Origin: Epiperipatus broadwayi
Taxonomy: Eukaryota > Animalia > Onychophora
Direction: 5' to 3'
Length of the DNA stretch: 64,000 nucleotides
NCBI GenBank assembly: GCA_028023455.1
Contig: JAQFVV010000006.1
Span: 18,476,001 to 18,540,000, forward strand
The notes under the pieces were generated by a model. It saw only the letters and a program-made list of their open reading frames with translations, was not told where the DNA came from and made no database searches. The position numbers and the translations under genes were made by a program. Below are positions 1 through 12,988 of this stretch, piece after piece (the first letter of the stretch is position 1; the number at the start of each line of letters is the position of its first letter).

Positions 1-3000
1 ACAATAGACCACAATGAAAAATCAATTTTTGGGGAAAAACACTGCCAAGTGCTGATTTTTTTTTTAGAATTAAAATTTTAAATACCGATTAAGCTATGAA
101 TTTACTATAAAATAAGTATAAAATAATGAATACATGATTAAAAATTGCCAAGAGATGGTGCATAATATAGATATTACACTTAGATTTTGTAATAATCAGT
201 TAAAAGCCTATATAGTCTGTTCATCTTGTCCCTCTCAAATGCTATTAATCATTGAATTTGTATGACACATTTGAACAGTAATCAGACATATTGGTTTGTT
301 TTAAATTAAATTAAAATGTATTAATAAATGAATATTAATTATACAATAAAAATATGTATATGGTGAACAGATTGTAAACAATATATATAACCATGATCTA
401 ATTTTATATACACTAGTTCCTCAATTGACATTAATTTCATATTTAAATGGGTAATTACACATCAATCTTCATGTATTGGATACTAAATACAAAACACAGA
501 TGTTTATGTATCACAAATATGTGGGGAATGTTTACACGATCTGAAATACAAGAGAGTTGGAGATATTTTTTTTTATACTTCATATAAAAATATAGTTTAT
601 TGAAATAATAATATATATATATGAATCTACTTATTTATTGATATAAATTTAAGAGAACAAAATAAATAAATACTTGTTACAATAATCTTTTTTTAACTCC
701 TAACCTGAAGTTAATTTATAATCACTAAATAAATAAAAAAGAATACTTTACATTGAAATAATAGTTCCCATGCTGAACAGTATAAATTCAAACTTAGGAA
801 AATGTAATTCTTGTATTTAGGAATGTGAATGGATTACTATTCAACCTAAAATTATATACTATTTATCAATAAATACTATACATTTTAAATGAAGAGAAAC
901 AAAAAAAAAATAGCAATAATAATGATAAACATAAACAAATGACCTAAGTGATAGTTTTTAGATATAGTATTTCCAGAATAGCATCATAGTTCTGATGTCT
1001 CTATCAAATCATAATCCAATAAGATGTCCAAAGAAGATATAAATATTCAAACACATATTTTTGATTCTGATATTTTGTATATATATCCAGATTATCCTTT
1101 CAAATAATTATTATTGGTTTATATGATGTTACAAGCGCACTAACACTAGTTTGTATCCATGATGATAAGGAGAAATATCCTTTGATGAGCAAATATTTAT
1201 CTCAAAATATTATGAATCAATAGATGCTATCCAGAATGTTATAATGGAAAATTAAACCTATTCTTATCTTAGATAAAAATGGTTAATAGGTCTAATAAAA
1301 TTACACTGGCAAATTAATGTGGTTCTTGTATAAATTCTGACATCGCTGGCATTTATTTATATTCTGTTATTAAAATATAGGTAACATCCATTTTAAAGAA
1401 TAAAGACATTCAGATGGTTTATAATGCAATGAAACATTTTCAGTTATTTTTAGTTTTTATAATAAATTGTTGCTCCTCAAATCTTCGACAAGCTTCCTAG
1501 TTCATGGGTAAACAATATTGCTTTCCACTCCTGCATTTTGTGCAGTTAACTATAGACTTTTAAAATAAATAAAAGAAAATCATGGAAAGAAATTTAGGTG
1601 TGCTTCTCTTAAAATTAAAACAAGAGAGAGAGAGAGGGCTTTTTTTCGATTCAGCCCTATTTATAACTTTTCCCATTTATATTGTAGACAACTATTTAGC
1701 TCAAAATTAACCCTGGTCAGTTTTAAACAAGATCTCTCTAATAAAAATTGTATTATACAAAAAAATATAAACAAACATTTAAGTTTCAATAATACAAATA
1801 CTAATTTCCATTCCAATATACTTCTCAATATATTGCACTGAAAATATATTTTTCATACATATATCTTCCCAGTATAATATTACACAAATAAAAAGAACAA
1901 ATATATTTAAAATATTAAACATTTACTTATATCTGTTATAATTTACTATAGTATTGCACTATGAAACATACATTAACAAGAGAATAAGAATTTTATCCAA
2001 ACTATATGCTTCATTATTCACATAGCCATTTTCCTTTCTAAAGTGAATAAAATAAATTTACAATCTTAGACAATACTATTAATAATAAACAATTTCATAT
2101 TAATATTATTGTCATCATACCAGCCCAGGTTAATGCTTCATAAGTTAATATATTCACCATCAAAATCAAACAAGAAAAAAAAAATTTTGACTGACATTTT
2201 ACCATATTCTGAAACACATTTCAAATTTCGGTAGGTACCATATCTATGTATATACACATAAGGTGAAACTTGTAACTTGCCTTGGTATTGGTTTGGGACA
2301 TTAGATGACACATTAAAGTCAGACCATCTGAAGGAAAGTGGTTTTGTTAAAATGCATCATAGAAGCTATCTGCATTTTTCGGATGACTTTCACTATTTGT
2401 AAAAGTAAATGGATCACAGTTTAATAAATAATGTATGTTTTCCAAATTTGAGCTTAATCTTAAATTGTTTTATTAAACAACCTAGTCATCCGTCATTTGA
2501 AAATTTCAGTGTTTGAAGAAATTAGCATCAGTTTTAAAAAGAAGCAAAATTAACCCTGCTATTAATACTTTATTTGGAGATCTTTGAGCTGAGTTTACTT
2601 TATATTGCCCAATGAAAAAAAAAGTCATCATTTCTTTTTATGCATTATTTGCAAACTCAAATATGATTTTTTTAGGATGTTTTTTGTTTGTAATTGTATA
2701 TTTCTAACAACTCAAGTCAAATTTATTTAATGCTAATACAGAGTAAAGATTTAATATGAAAATCAAATATTGAATGATTACAAAAGTTGCTACCAAGAAA
2801 AATAGTGGAGATGTTTTTTATCAGTAGAAGTGTTAAAAGAGGCTTAAAATACATTACTGAAATTATTATGATTGGATAAAAGAATAAGAAAAGGTATTAT
2901 ATATATTTCAAAATTAATATAAATGTTTTAAATTACTAAAATTTATATTTTAAGTCATATCATAATATTGCATTGAACAAAATGAAATTTACTTTATTTT

Positions 3001-4685
3001 CTTCTTATGATGGATTATTTTTCATTCTACACAATATTTTAAAACAATGAATGAATCAGCATATATATATAAAATCACACAGAAAGATATTATAAGGAAA
3101 CATTTCAGCACCAAAGAATTGTATTAATCACACAATTCTATTCATTTTACCAAACAGAATGTATTTTGTTTTACTTTTTTCAGCTAGATATTAACCCATC
3201 TACCCTGTGCTGAATCATGAAAGCACATTACTTTAGTTCTTATTATAAGTCAATTCATGTTGAACATTTGCTCTATTGAAATTTAAGATCTGCAGGATTA
3301 AAAGTAATATTGAATAATGTTTTACGATCAGTAAGCTAACGAATTTGTATGCCATTCATAAACAATGTAAATATTTTACAGTGATGTAAATGTAATTGTA
3401 TGTTTAATTGTGGTGTATACCTTGAAGCATTTGAGCATGAAAGTGATAGGTAGGTTGGACTAATGAACTATCCTGTTCTTATGACCATGATTCTACGACT
3501 GTGTAAATGGCACAGGATTGTTTCAAAAAGGAAGATTTCAAATTATATTCATGATGTAGCCATCAGATTTGGGTTCCAACAATTAAACTATGGTTTTGGA
3601 AATGTTTTTCAATCATTTTTTGGTAATCATACAAACATTAGGAGTTTTTATCAAAGATAAAAGCATATTATTGTCTCAGAAAAATTTCTAGAAGAATTTA
3701 TTTGCATTCCATTTAGGTCTAATTCTAGATACCTAAACAGCTACAATTGAAATCAATTACAACTTATGAGTTTTGTACAAGTAAAAAATGAATGAAATAG
3801 TCTATCGATTAAACAATTCATAAAATTAAGATTCAGTAATCATGAAAAAAAAAAAAGATAGTTGCAAATAATGAAATGTTCTGGGAAAATTATTAATTTT
3901 TTTTTGAAAAAGTATGAAAGGCAACATAAACATAGAAGTATTGAAAATAATATGTGAAAACAATATTATTCTCGCGGAAATTGTGAAAGCAGTGGTGGGT
4001 TTGTACTTAGATGCAAAGAAAAAATACATTGAAAGAGACTTAGATTGAGATGAAGATAAGAGAATAAAGATGTTGATTGTTGATATTAAAGAAGGAAATG
4101 TCTATGAGTTTTTGAGAAATAGAGTGAAAGACAATCGAAGGGAAAAAGTACTGCAATTATGTTTAATATATAACACTTACTTCTCAACAAGTAAAGGACA
4201 ATTATAATATCATAAATAGAAAACTGTCTAACAGATTAAACTCTCTTTATATATATATTTGACGATTCAAGCTGCATGTGTAGAACTTTAATGACAATTT
4301 ATCTTTTAGATAAATAAAGTTATTAATAACTATTCATTAGACTACAGATTATTATATTATTCTTAATGCAGATGTATATTTTAGACTCAGTTAAAGATCA
4401 TTTCAAATTATGTTTATTTATTTATTTGAAAAAGGCGGAAGTTAAAATATTTTTTGTGATTGGATTTTATAATTGACATATTAATCTTTAACGGAATCTA
4501 AAGTTTATATCTAATCTAATAATATGATAATCTCCAGCCTAATAAGTAGCTACTACCTGAAAGATAACAAATGATCATTAAGTTGGATGATGATAGATGA
4601 ATACTGCCAGATTAAATAGTAATAAAAAACAATGGATAAATAATGAATGATAACATAGGCGTTTGATCAGATTTTATGATCTGGG

Positions 4686-4723
4686 CCAACTGATGAAGCT
4701 AATTCAGAAGAAATGCATCTTGG
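4686..4723 (+). ncRNA. Decayed minimal type-I hammerhead ribozyme
   Basis: CCAA CTGATGA A GCT aattc AGA A GAAA TGCA T C TTGG: 4-bp stem I, palindromic ATGCAT stem III, AUC site, one stem II mismatch. Confidence 0.6.
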
Positions 4724-5116
4724 GATGGGGTCATTTACCTTTTTTTTAATGTTTTTATTTATTTGTTTGAAGAAGAATATTTAGTAGATTTTCAAATATA
4801 TATATATTTCATAATATGCATGTGTGTAAAATGGGGAAAGTAAATTCATGTTAAATGATGAAAGCTTTAATATATTGATATTTAAGTCAATATCTGGATT
4901 ATTAATAATATAACAATCTTTAACCTAATAAATAGTTATTAATTACTTTGATATATTTATCTAAAATAAGGGTGGAAAACCTTTTTTTTTTTTTTTGTAA
5001 AGGGATATTTGGATATTTATACTGTCATTCACGGGTTAGACAAAATTATCATTTTAAAAATTATCTTGCTATACTTGATCAAAAAATTAGTTCATTTACC
5101 GTTAACTGATAATCAT

Positions 5117-6064
5117 TAGGGGTGGGCCATCATTTTAACTTGAGGCCAATTTCAACTTTTCCTTTTTAAATGAGGATCATAGTTTTTTTGTAATTAAAAA
5201 TAAAGTAACATCATTATTATGAATGATTGTTCCACATTTAATAACAATTTTTCTGATTTTCTACAGAACTATTCTTCATGTCATATTTATATTCTCAAAT
5301 TTCAGACAGATTAATTCTACAGTTGTTAGGATGAAGTCTTTTATAAACTATTCTTCACAAAATGGTTTTGAATTTTCAGTCTTTTTTTTTTTTTGAAATA
5401 GTATAACTTTCACAGAATTTTCTGACTTGTTTGTACTTTTTATGAAACATATTCGCCACTTGGTGAAACTCCTTTTCAAGTTTTTCATTTTAATATTTCT
5501 TTCTTCTCCAACAATTTTGTTGAAATCAGAATGATTTAATACATAGTGTAACTTAATATTGTGTTTTTTATTAACTGAAATAATTTCCCAGACATCAATT
5601 TACTATTTCTTTCTATAATGGGAGATTTGTGTCGGTCTATTTCTCTTGGATTATGCGATTTTCTATGTCAGTTTTTTTATTTTACTCGATATAGCTACAT
5701 ATAAAAAAAATTCATTGCAAAGTAGTAATAATAAAACATATACCTCTGTGAATATCAGTATAAAAACAAACCAAATGCCCTCAATGAAATGCATAGTTGG
5801 ATAGACCACACAATTTGTTGGAATGTTGAATCACTGCTAGAATGAACTAGAACTGTTATAAAGATTGAAGAGAAAAAAAGATGTAGCTGAGAAAATAAAT
5901 ATTGTATTTTATTTAATTCCTAATCCAATATTTGTGCTACACATAAGTTTAAATAGAAATTTTATACAGATTCATTTTATATATGTTTTTGAAAATGGCA
6001 TGAACTGTATTGAGAGTTTTCAAGTGCCAAATTTGGCCCAAGGGCCTGAGGTTCTCCACCCCTG
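5117..6064 (-). mobile_element. hAT (Charlie/SPIN-like) DNA transposon relic
   Basis: Ends taggggtgggccat... and ...gttctccacccctg resemble CAGGGGTG TIRs. Minus strand reads NMF..KSTNKSENSVKV and KPFCEE*FIKDFILTTVELIC, like a Charlie/GTF2IRD2 transposase N-terminus. No clean TSD. Confidence 0.6.
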
Positions 6065-6351
6065 AACTAAAATGACAGTAAATCATCATTAAGCTTTTAA
6101 AAGAATTGCAAGTAATAAATAATGAACAACAATTATCTAAACCAGCTGATGAAGCTAATCTATTGGAAGTGTGTATGAGGTTCATATGCCCTTTTCTGAT
6201 GTTTCATTGATGTGTTTGAAAGAGAGTAATATTCAGCAAAATATTTTCAAATATATTTGTATTATTCTTTATATTATTATTATTAGCTATATTTGAACTA
6301 TTATTTTATTCATTTTCTAATCTTTTGACTTTTTTTTATATTTTTAATTAG

Positions 6352-6635
6352 TCTGAAGACAAAAGCAGGGCATGCATGGCCTGGGCCAGAATTCTCGCAG
6401 CTTGTGATATATTAGGTATAAAGCCTGAGGAAAGCAAAACAATTTGGAATGTTTTAGCAGCAATTTTTCATTTAGGTGTAGCTGGTGCAGTTCAGGGTGC
6501 CAATAATACCAAAGGAAAGTTTGCAAATCCAGCAGCTGCCCAAAGAGCTGCAACTCTTTTAGGAGTCACTCCTGAGGAACTTGCTCGGAGGGTTTTTAGT
6601 ACTCCTCAGACATTAGCTGTCAGAACCTCTTTCAG
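6352..6635 (+). CDS. Myo18: Myosin-XVIII motor domain, internal exon A (first one found in window)
   Basis: ttag|TCT acceptor, AG|gtaat donor. Encodes SEDKSRACMAW...WNVLAAIFHLGVAGA...AQRAATLLG...ELARRVF...RTSFR, matching MYO18A (ILAAIYHLGAAGA; AQKAAYLLGC; RSTSFR). Confidence 0.93.
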
Positions 6636-6665
6636 GTAATTTGTAGTTACTAAAAATAATAAAAC

Positions 6666-6968
6666 TAATAACATGAAAGGCTAAAACCTTCGACAGAAGT
6701 GCCTTAAAAATGCTTATGTGACAACCAATCAGATGTAATAAAGACTGCACTTGGAACTCACAATTCAAAAATGCAAGCCAGAACTATAAGAAAAAGATGG
6801 AACCCATCTTCTCACTTAAATTTATATATAAATAAGTCAAACTCAAGCAGTTCTGGCTTGTGTTCTTGAATTGAGAATTCCACATGCAATCCTTATTGCA
6901 TCTGATTGGCTGTTACATAAGCATTTTTAAGGCGCTTCTATCGAAGGTTTTAGCCTTTTATGTTATTA
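6666..6968. mobile_element. MITE/foldback with about 120-bp terminal inverted repeats
   Basis: taataacatgaaaggctaaaaccttcgacagaag...gccagaact is mirrored by agttctggc...cttctatcgaaggttttagccttttatgttatta. Confidence 0.8.
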
Positions 6969-8656
6969 TTATATCATCTGTGAGCACTTAATAAATTTAA
7001 TATATTTAAAAATAATAAAATTTTAGTATATTGTTGAGTTTTGCAAAATATTTTTATTGAAGGACTATTTTCTATGTAATTCTGTGTATTTATGTATGTG
7101 ATCACATATGCATGAAGTTAATGTTGGTTACTAGATGTATAATTGCCTGATTTCAGTTTTTAATTTCAAAATTCATTAATAAAGGCAAAAGCATATTACT
7201 CAAATAAATGACTTTAGAGTAGAAAGTTTCTCTTTTATATATTGGCTAAGCTAAAGAATTAGATGATATTATACATGACACCCACATTCCTTCTCAGGAA
7301 AAAAAAAAGTTCCTAGAGTTAGAAAACTGAGATTACTAAAACATATAGTTACTGACTTATGATCAAATCTATATAACTATGCAAGTACTTTTAGCTTGGG
7401 CTCAAAACTTTATTGGTTTTTTTAATTCAAATTTTTAGCTTGATAGTAAAAAGGAATTATAGGTGATTGCAGATACATAACTATTGATTTAAACTTTTAG
7501 TCTCACATTCTCATTCGTAAAGATGGGAATGTGAAATCGGTCTACAAATTGAATTTAAATATGATACCATTTACTAATCATTGATTACTTAAAGTAAATA
7601 GTTGCTCTTATTTAAACTTTGTATGTATACATATACAACACTTCATATCATAGTAATTCATTCACTTGCCAAGCTTATGATTTGGAGTTCAATAGATGAA
7701 TTTTTTTTTAATCAGGATACATACCTAAGATTTTTTTTTTTAGTTCTTTGTTTCAAATCTGTTCTATGAATAGACAAACTAATTTCACCCTGTTAAATTA
7801 TGCTAATGTGTGTTTCAATAATCTCTATGTGTATTTCCAAGTTTTATGAATATTTATTTGACTAAAAATTAATAATAATGTGCATAATTGTTTTTTTAAT
7901 ATAATCAATATTAATATATCCATTATTATGTATTTTTGTATTAATAACTAAGTCTCTGTCAATGCTGATGTCATCATTAGAAAATCAATTTTTTATGCAG
8001 AATATATTTTAAGTCACCATCACTGATAAGAGTGCTATTTTAAAGAAAAATAGAATTTTTAGACACATCAACTTCTGATATACATTGTCACTATTCTTAA
8101 CAATTATTAAGACTATGTGCCTGAAAAAACGACAGTAGGAACCTCTGCAAATCTTTAACACAAGATTTATTTAAAAGACAAGAGCAGCCAGGCGCATGTT
8201 ATAGCCTTAATATATATTACTTTACATAACGAGTATGCGCTTTACAAATTTAATTATTCTAACAATTATTATGCTTTTTTATAATGAAGATTGCTATGAA
8301 ATTATTTGATTTTATTAATTTTTATTTGATCAGTTTATATATATTGCAATTATGGGTTAAATGATTTTTAATTTTTAATATTCGTTTATAAAATTATTAT
8401 AATACATAAATCAGAGTATTAGAGTGATAAATAAGATATAACAATCAACTGTTCAATTGCTATTGAAGAGGTTTTTCAGATTCTGCATTCTTAACTTCGT
8501 TAGCACTCACTTCAGATAATGATTATTATTAATCTAGTAAATTATAAAACTACAAAATGGATTGAATAATTTTTGAATCTTTTATATTCTCAAAAAATTA
8601 ACTGCCAAAAAATTTCTGATAAATTACTTGCTAAATAATTTTGTTTTTACTTTCAG

Positions 8657-8776
8657 AAGTTCTTCAGATAAAGTTACTCTTCCAGAAAAACCTTTGGATG
8701 CTTTAGAAGCATTAGAAGGGATGGTAGTGGGTTTATATTGTGAAACATTTGCTACTCTAGTCGCTCTGATAAACAG
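8657..8776 (+). CDS. Myo18: Myosin-XVIII exon B
   Basis: tttcag acceptor, AG|gtaac donor, phase 2/2 in frame with exon A. Encodes ...ALEALEGMVVGLYCETFATLVALINR (MYO18A: [26 protein letters not shown]). Confidence 0.93.
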
Positions 8777-8853
8777 GTAACAATTTTAAAGTTTAATTCT
8801 TAAAAAAATATTTATTTTTTCATTAAAGACTTGTCTTTATTTTGGTTTTACAG

Positions 8854-9046
8854 GTCATTGTCTTCAAACTATCGTATTCAGTCTTCTATACTTGTCTTGG
8901 ATTGTCCTGGGTTTCAAAATCCTGCTTCTTGTGGTCGTACTTCTGGAGCTACATTTGAAGAATTTTGCCATAATTATTTACAAGAAAAACTTCAACTTCT
9001 CTATCATGATTTAACATTTACTCTTCAACAGGATCGTTATATTCAG
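8854..9046 (+). CDS. Myo18: Myosin-XVIII exon C (switch II and relay helix)
   Basis: Follows a 77-bp intron. Encodes ILVLDCPGFQNP...GATFEEFCHNYLQEKLQLLYHDLTF, with the class-18 diagnostic DxPGFQNP; donor CAG|gtttgt. Confidence 0.95.
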
Positions 9047-9539
9047 GTTTGTTAATATTTATGCAGCTGTCTGTCCATATCTCTCTACAAACTAGCACTT
9101 TAGGCTTTCTAGATGGTCCAATGCAGTTTGTGAAATTTTTGAAAATCATGATACAATTAATATTAACATATTGTATTTATTTTTATTTTAAAACCATACA
9201 TATTTTATTGCTGTATAGTGGCGATTTTATAATGATTGTTTATCAACTTTAATGATTTTATTGTTACTGTTTTTTGGAAATATAATGCATTGTTCAAACC
9301 TATTGCTTCAGTTTTTATTTGAATTTTGTTGAGTGATGTTATTCTTTGTATTATTTTAATTCATATGTTGTTGAGTGTTTTATTCTGTTTTGACATTTGA
9401 TCATCAACTTCTACTATTTTAATTGAGCAATACCAGTAATTAATTTTAATTTATATTCAGGAAAATAAAACATTTATTTCCATTGAATTCATATACAAAT
9501 AACAAGAAAAATTTACTTTATTTGATTTTAGATTTAAAA

Positions 9540-9835
9540 CTTGGAAAATTTTATTCAAATTCTTGATCATCATGGCTTCAACAATGCAAAAAACTTAAAT
9601 GCAAGTAGAAAAGTACTACCAAACTCTAAGTATCCTCTTTTAAAAGAAGCTATTTGTAAATTAATTATAATTTTTGAGACGTATTCATCATTATACTCAA
9701 CAATGAAATTTGTAAAATCAAAACATCCAGCACAACAGACAATTGAAGACCTTACAGAAGGAACTATTGCATGCTTAGTTAAGAAATTATAAGCCAAATT
9801 TAATATTCGTTCTAATCGGAAACAATCACATATGA
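9540..9835 (+). mobile_element. hAT-Charlie transposase C-terminal (dimerisation domain) relic
   Basis: ORF 9541-9792 has YPLLKEAICKLIIIF..YSSLYSTMKFVKSKH, resembling Charlie FGSTYxCEQLFSTMKFVKSKHR. Confidence 0.65.
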
Positions 9836-12290
9836 ATAATAAATAATTTTTTATTTTCACTTATTAATTTCTGTCTTTTGATTTTTTGTACAATTAATAA
9901 ATTATATTAATAAAATATATATATAAATCACATATTTGTTTCTATTGAATATTTTAAAAACGTAATTGTAACTCTTGAACATTTTTCAGTTTTAACAAAC
10001 ATGAAATTTGACCATCCCTGATTTTTATCTTTATTTATTCTAAATGTAAAAAAATATAGTACTACATATGTAGTTTTTTAATAATGGTCAAACATAAATT
10101 TGTTGAACTATTATTACATATGTAGTTATATGCGCAGTTGTTTGGGATATCGTATGACATTCATACACAAAGTGATAAGTTGAGGTCCCTTTCTATTGTC
10201 TGTCAAAATAAAGGAGGGAGGTCAGTTTTCTCATCTGGAAACCAATCTCTGCAATATTTCTGCATTTTCTAAAATAATAAAACTATATATCATTTTTGTC
10301 ATTTTGACATGAAGTTTTATTGCATTTTTAATGTATATAAATGGCAGATTTACCTTCACTAGTTGCATATTCATTAATAAATTTTTAACAAATAAATATA
10401 CCTTCTAACTTAAACTTAACAAAAAGTTTATTAATTTTTTAAGTTTGAGTGTGTATTTACTTTCCAAAAATTTATTAATGAGTACACTGTTGGCGTAAGT
10501 CAATCTGGCCTTTATATACATTATAAAGGGAAAGTAAACAAAAAATAAGTTAAATATACAAATTCAATTGACACGCTACACTCCAGCTAGAAATATCTCT
10601 GTAACATTAATGGACTTTTGCTGTAATATTTGTGGACACGGATCTGCACTCCTCATTTCTTTCGTTGGGGATCTGGTTTATGGGTGCGGGCTGTTGACGA
10701 TTATTGCCACTACCCGGAAAAACTACCGGGAGGGTACAGGATCAAAGTTTTCAGTGCCATTTCTACTCTCATGGGCTGCTGCGTCCCTTGATGGATTATT
10801 TTCGAGCAGTGCAGATCTATGCTCATCACTCATTAAACTCTTTTATGGATAAAATTGTTATCGAGCGTATGTACTTTTGTAAACCTGGTCTATAATTGTT
10901 TCACCTTGTAACATTGAACACTTTGTAATCCTCTACAGGTAAGTAGACCCAAAAAAATTTATATTGACTTTGGTACAATCTCAAAGATTTCTTTAAACAA
11001 ATGTATTTACATCATGTAGTGGGTGATCAATCACCTGCATTTTTTTCTTAATATATATATAAATAATGATTGTAATTTATGTTATAAAATATTTTTTGTT
11101 TTGCTATTTTTGAAAATTCTTTGAAAACATATTTATATAATAAAAATAATTAATCCTTGGTGATGATCATGTGATATGGACAAAATAGATGAAAACTGAA
11201 ATAAGAAATGGTTCATAAAATAAAATACCAAGACTTGAAAATATGTTAAAGAATGTTAAACATATTAATGGATCATATTTGTTATTCTGAAGATCTAGAA
11301 GTAGATACATTTTCACTTTCCATACTAAATGTTTTGGTTTTTTTTTTTTGTTTTGTTAATCACTTTTTTATTTTAACAGATTGAAATTTTTCTTAACATC
11401 CTCTGATAAAAGATAACCTTAATGTATTCCATTTCTATATCATTTGAAAATTCAATTTTAGTTTATTATTTTTAATAATTTGCTGTAGAATTTGGATTGG
11501 TTTATCATGATGTCTTTTTCCTTTACGTCAAATTAGCAATTTTTGTTACCAGTAATGTATGAAGTAGCATAAATGAAATCAGAAAAAAATTGATTGCAGT
11601 TTGTAAAGGAAGTGGTTTGTATTGAAGAGATTGGTCCTTTTGCATACTGATGTCACATTGTTTGCAAAAATTACCTGGATAGTTTTTGATGATGTGGTCT
11701 CTAGCTTTGCAGTGGATGCACTGTAGAGGTGTACTTGAAAGTAATGATTAGTGGAGATCTATCAATGGCATGGGATTTATAAATGTCAGTGGTTTGAATT
11801 TCCTTTTTAAGAGAGATTAAATGTAGCCACAATTATCAAAGATATTGTAAGTCTTTTTCAATATAGATGTGACAGTTTTTGATTTGACTACAAGAGCAAA
11901 TGTTGTTGTTTTAAAATTTGGTATATTTTGGAAATCTGTTTTTTGTGCCTCATTTTGGAATTTTAGAATTAGATACTTGTTATTGGAATGAGCCAAAACT
12001 TTCTATCGTGTATTACAAAGCTATAGATTTTATCAGGTGGACATTTCTTGATGAATTTGTTGATATCTGTAATGGCTAATATGCTGTTGAATTGAATTTT
12101 GTGAAATATTAAGATAATCTTCATCAAATATTTTTCCATAGTCATTTGATAAACTAAAGATATTTGAGTTTCTATTTAACAAGTCATCAATATTTTCTTG
12201 ATCCATTGTTATGGCTTTTAAATTTTGATTATTATTTACTGTATAAAAATATATATCATTATTTTTAGATTTTGTTAAGTGAGGAATCGT

Positions 12291-12397
12291 TTAAGTCATA
12301 ATATTCATCCAGGTTATGTTAAGTCATGATATTCATCCAGAGTCTTTTAAGTCATAATATTCATCCAGAGTCTTTTATGTCATGATATTCATCCAGG
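12291..12397. repeat. 28-bp minisatellite, about 4 copies
   Basis: ttaagtcataatattcatccagagtctt units start at 12291, 12319, 12347 and 12375. Confidence 0.9.
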
Positions 12398-12945
12398 TCA
12401 TTTTTTTTGTTAGTTATAGATTCATCCTGTCATTGTATTCTTAGAACTATTATTTTTTATTGTATTGGCATAGTTTAAATGGCAATAATTTTCAAGTTGT
12501 AAATTTCTTGATAAAATGTTAATTTTGCTGGAGTAGTTTTTTGATGATTCATTGTTACTAGCTGTTATAAAGATTAGAATGCTGTTGTCAATGTTTTAAG
12601 TTATTGACAGAAGTAGAATTTATCTTAAGAGTATTAGACATTTTAAAGATTTAAAAGGATAACTTTTTTTTTTCATTTTATAACAAATATAAGCCCCAAA
12701 ATGAGCTTTCCTTTTTGAGTCATATTTATTCTATTTGACTGCTTTGAAAAGCACCAACTAGAACTAGTACTACTGCGATTATTTCCCCTTTTATTCTCTT
12801 TCTATTCCAAAATAAATCTTGATAATTATTAAATATAGTGTTCTTTTCCACTAAATCCAATCAAAAAATATATGCACTCTCTTTTTTTTTCTTTCCAAAA
12901 ATTTTATTTTTTCCATCACTATATATACATTTACTTGTTTACCAC

Positions 12946-12988
12946 ATCCAACGTTTCGACCACCTTATTTGTAGTCCTTTTCAAGGAT
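12946..12988 (-). ncRNA. Minimal hammerhead ribozyme with U3-A8 core variant
   Basis: ATCC TTGAAAA G GACTAC aaataag GTGGTC GAAA CG T T GGAT: 4-bp stem I, 6-bp stem II, palindromic ACGT stem III. Confidence 0.75.

Noticed and set aside
1-6351. An upstream Myo18 exon
   Set aside because: No segment resembling the preceding MYO18 sequence was found by eye; the short ORFs here are TE relics or AT-rich noise.
9451-9467. 17-nt match (ttatattcag|gaaaata) to the spliced exon C/D junction, suggesting a retrocopy fragment or duplicated acceptor
   Set aside because: The match does not extend either way, is AT-rich, and the frame hits TAA after 13 codons; most likely chance.
12291-12397. CRISPR-like array
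   Set aside because: Contiguous tandem units without unique spacers, in eukaryotic intronic DNA.
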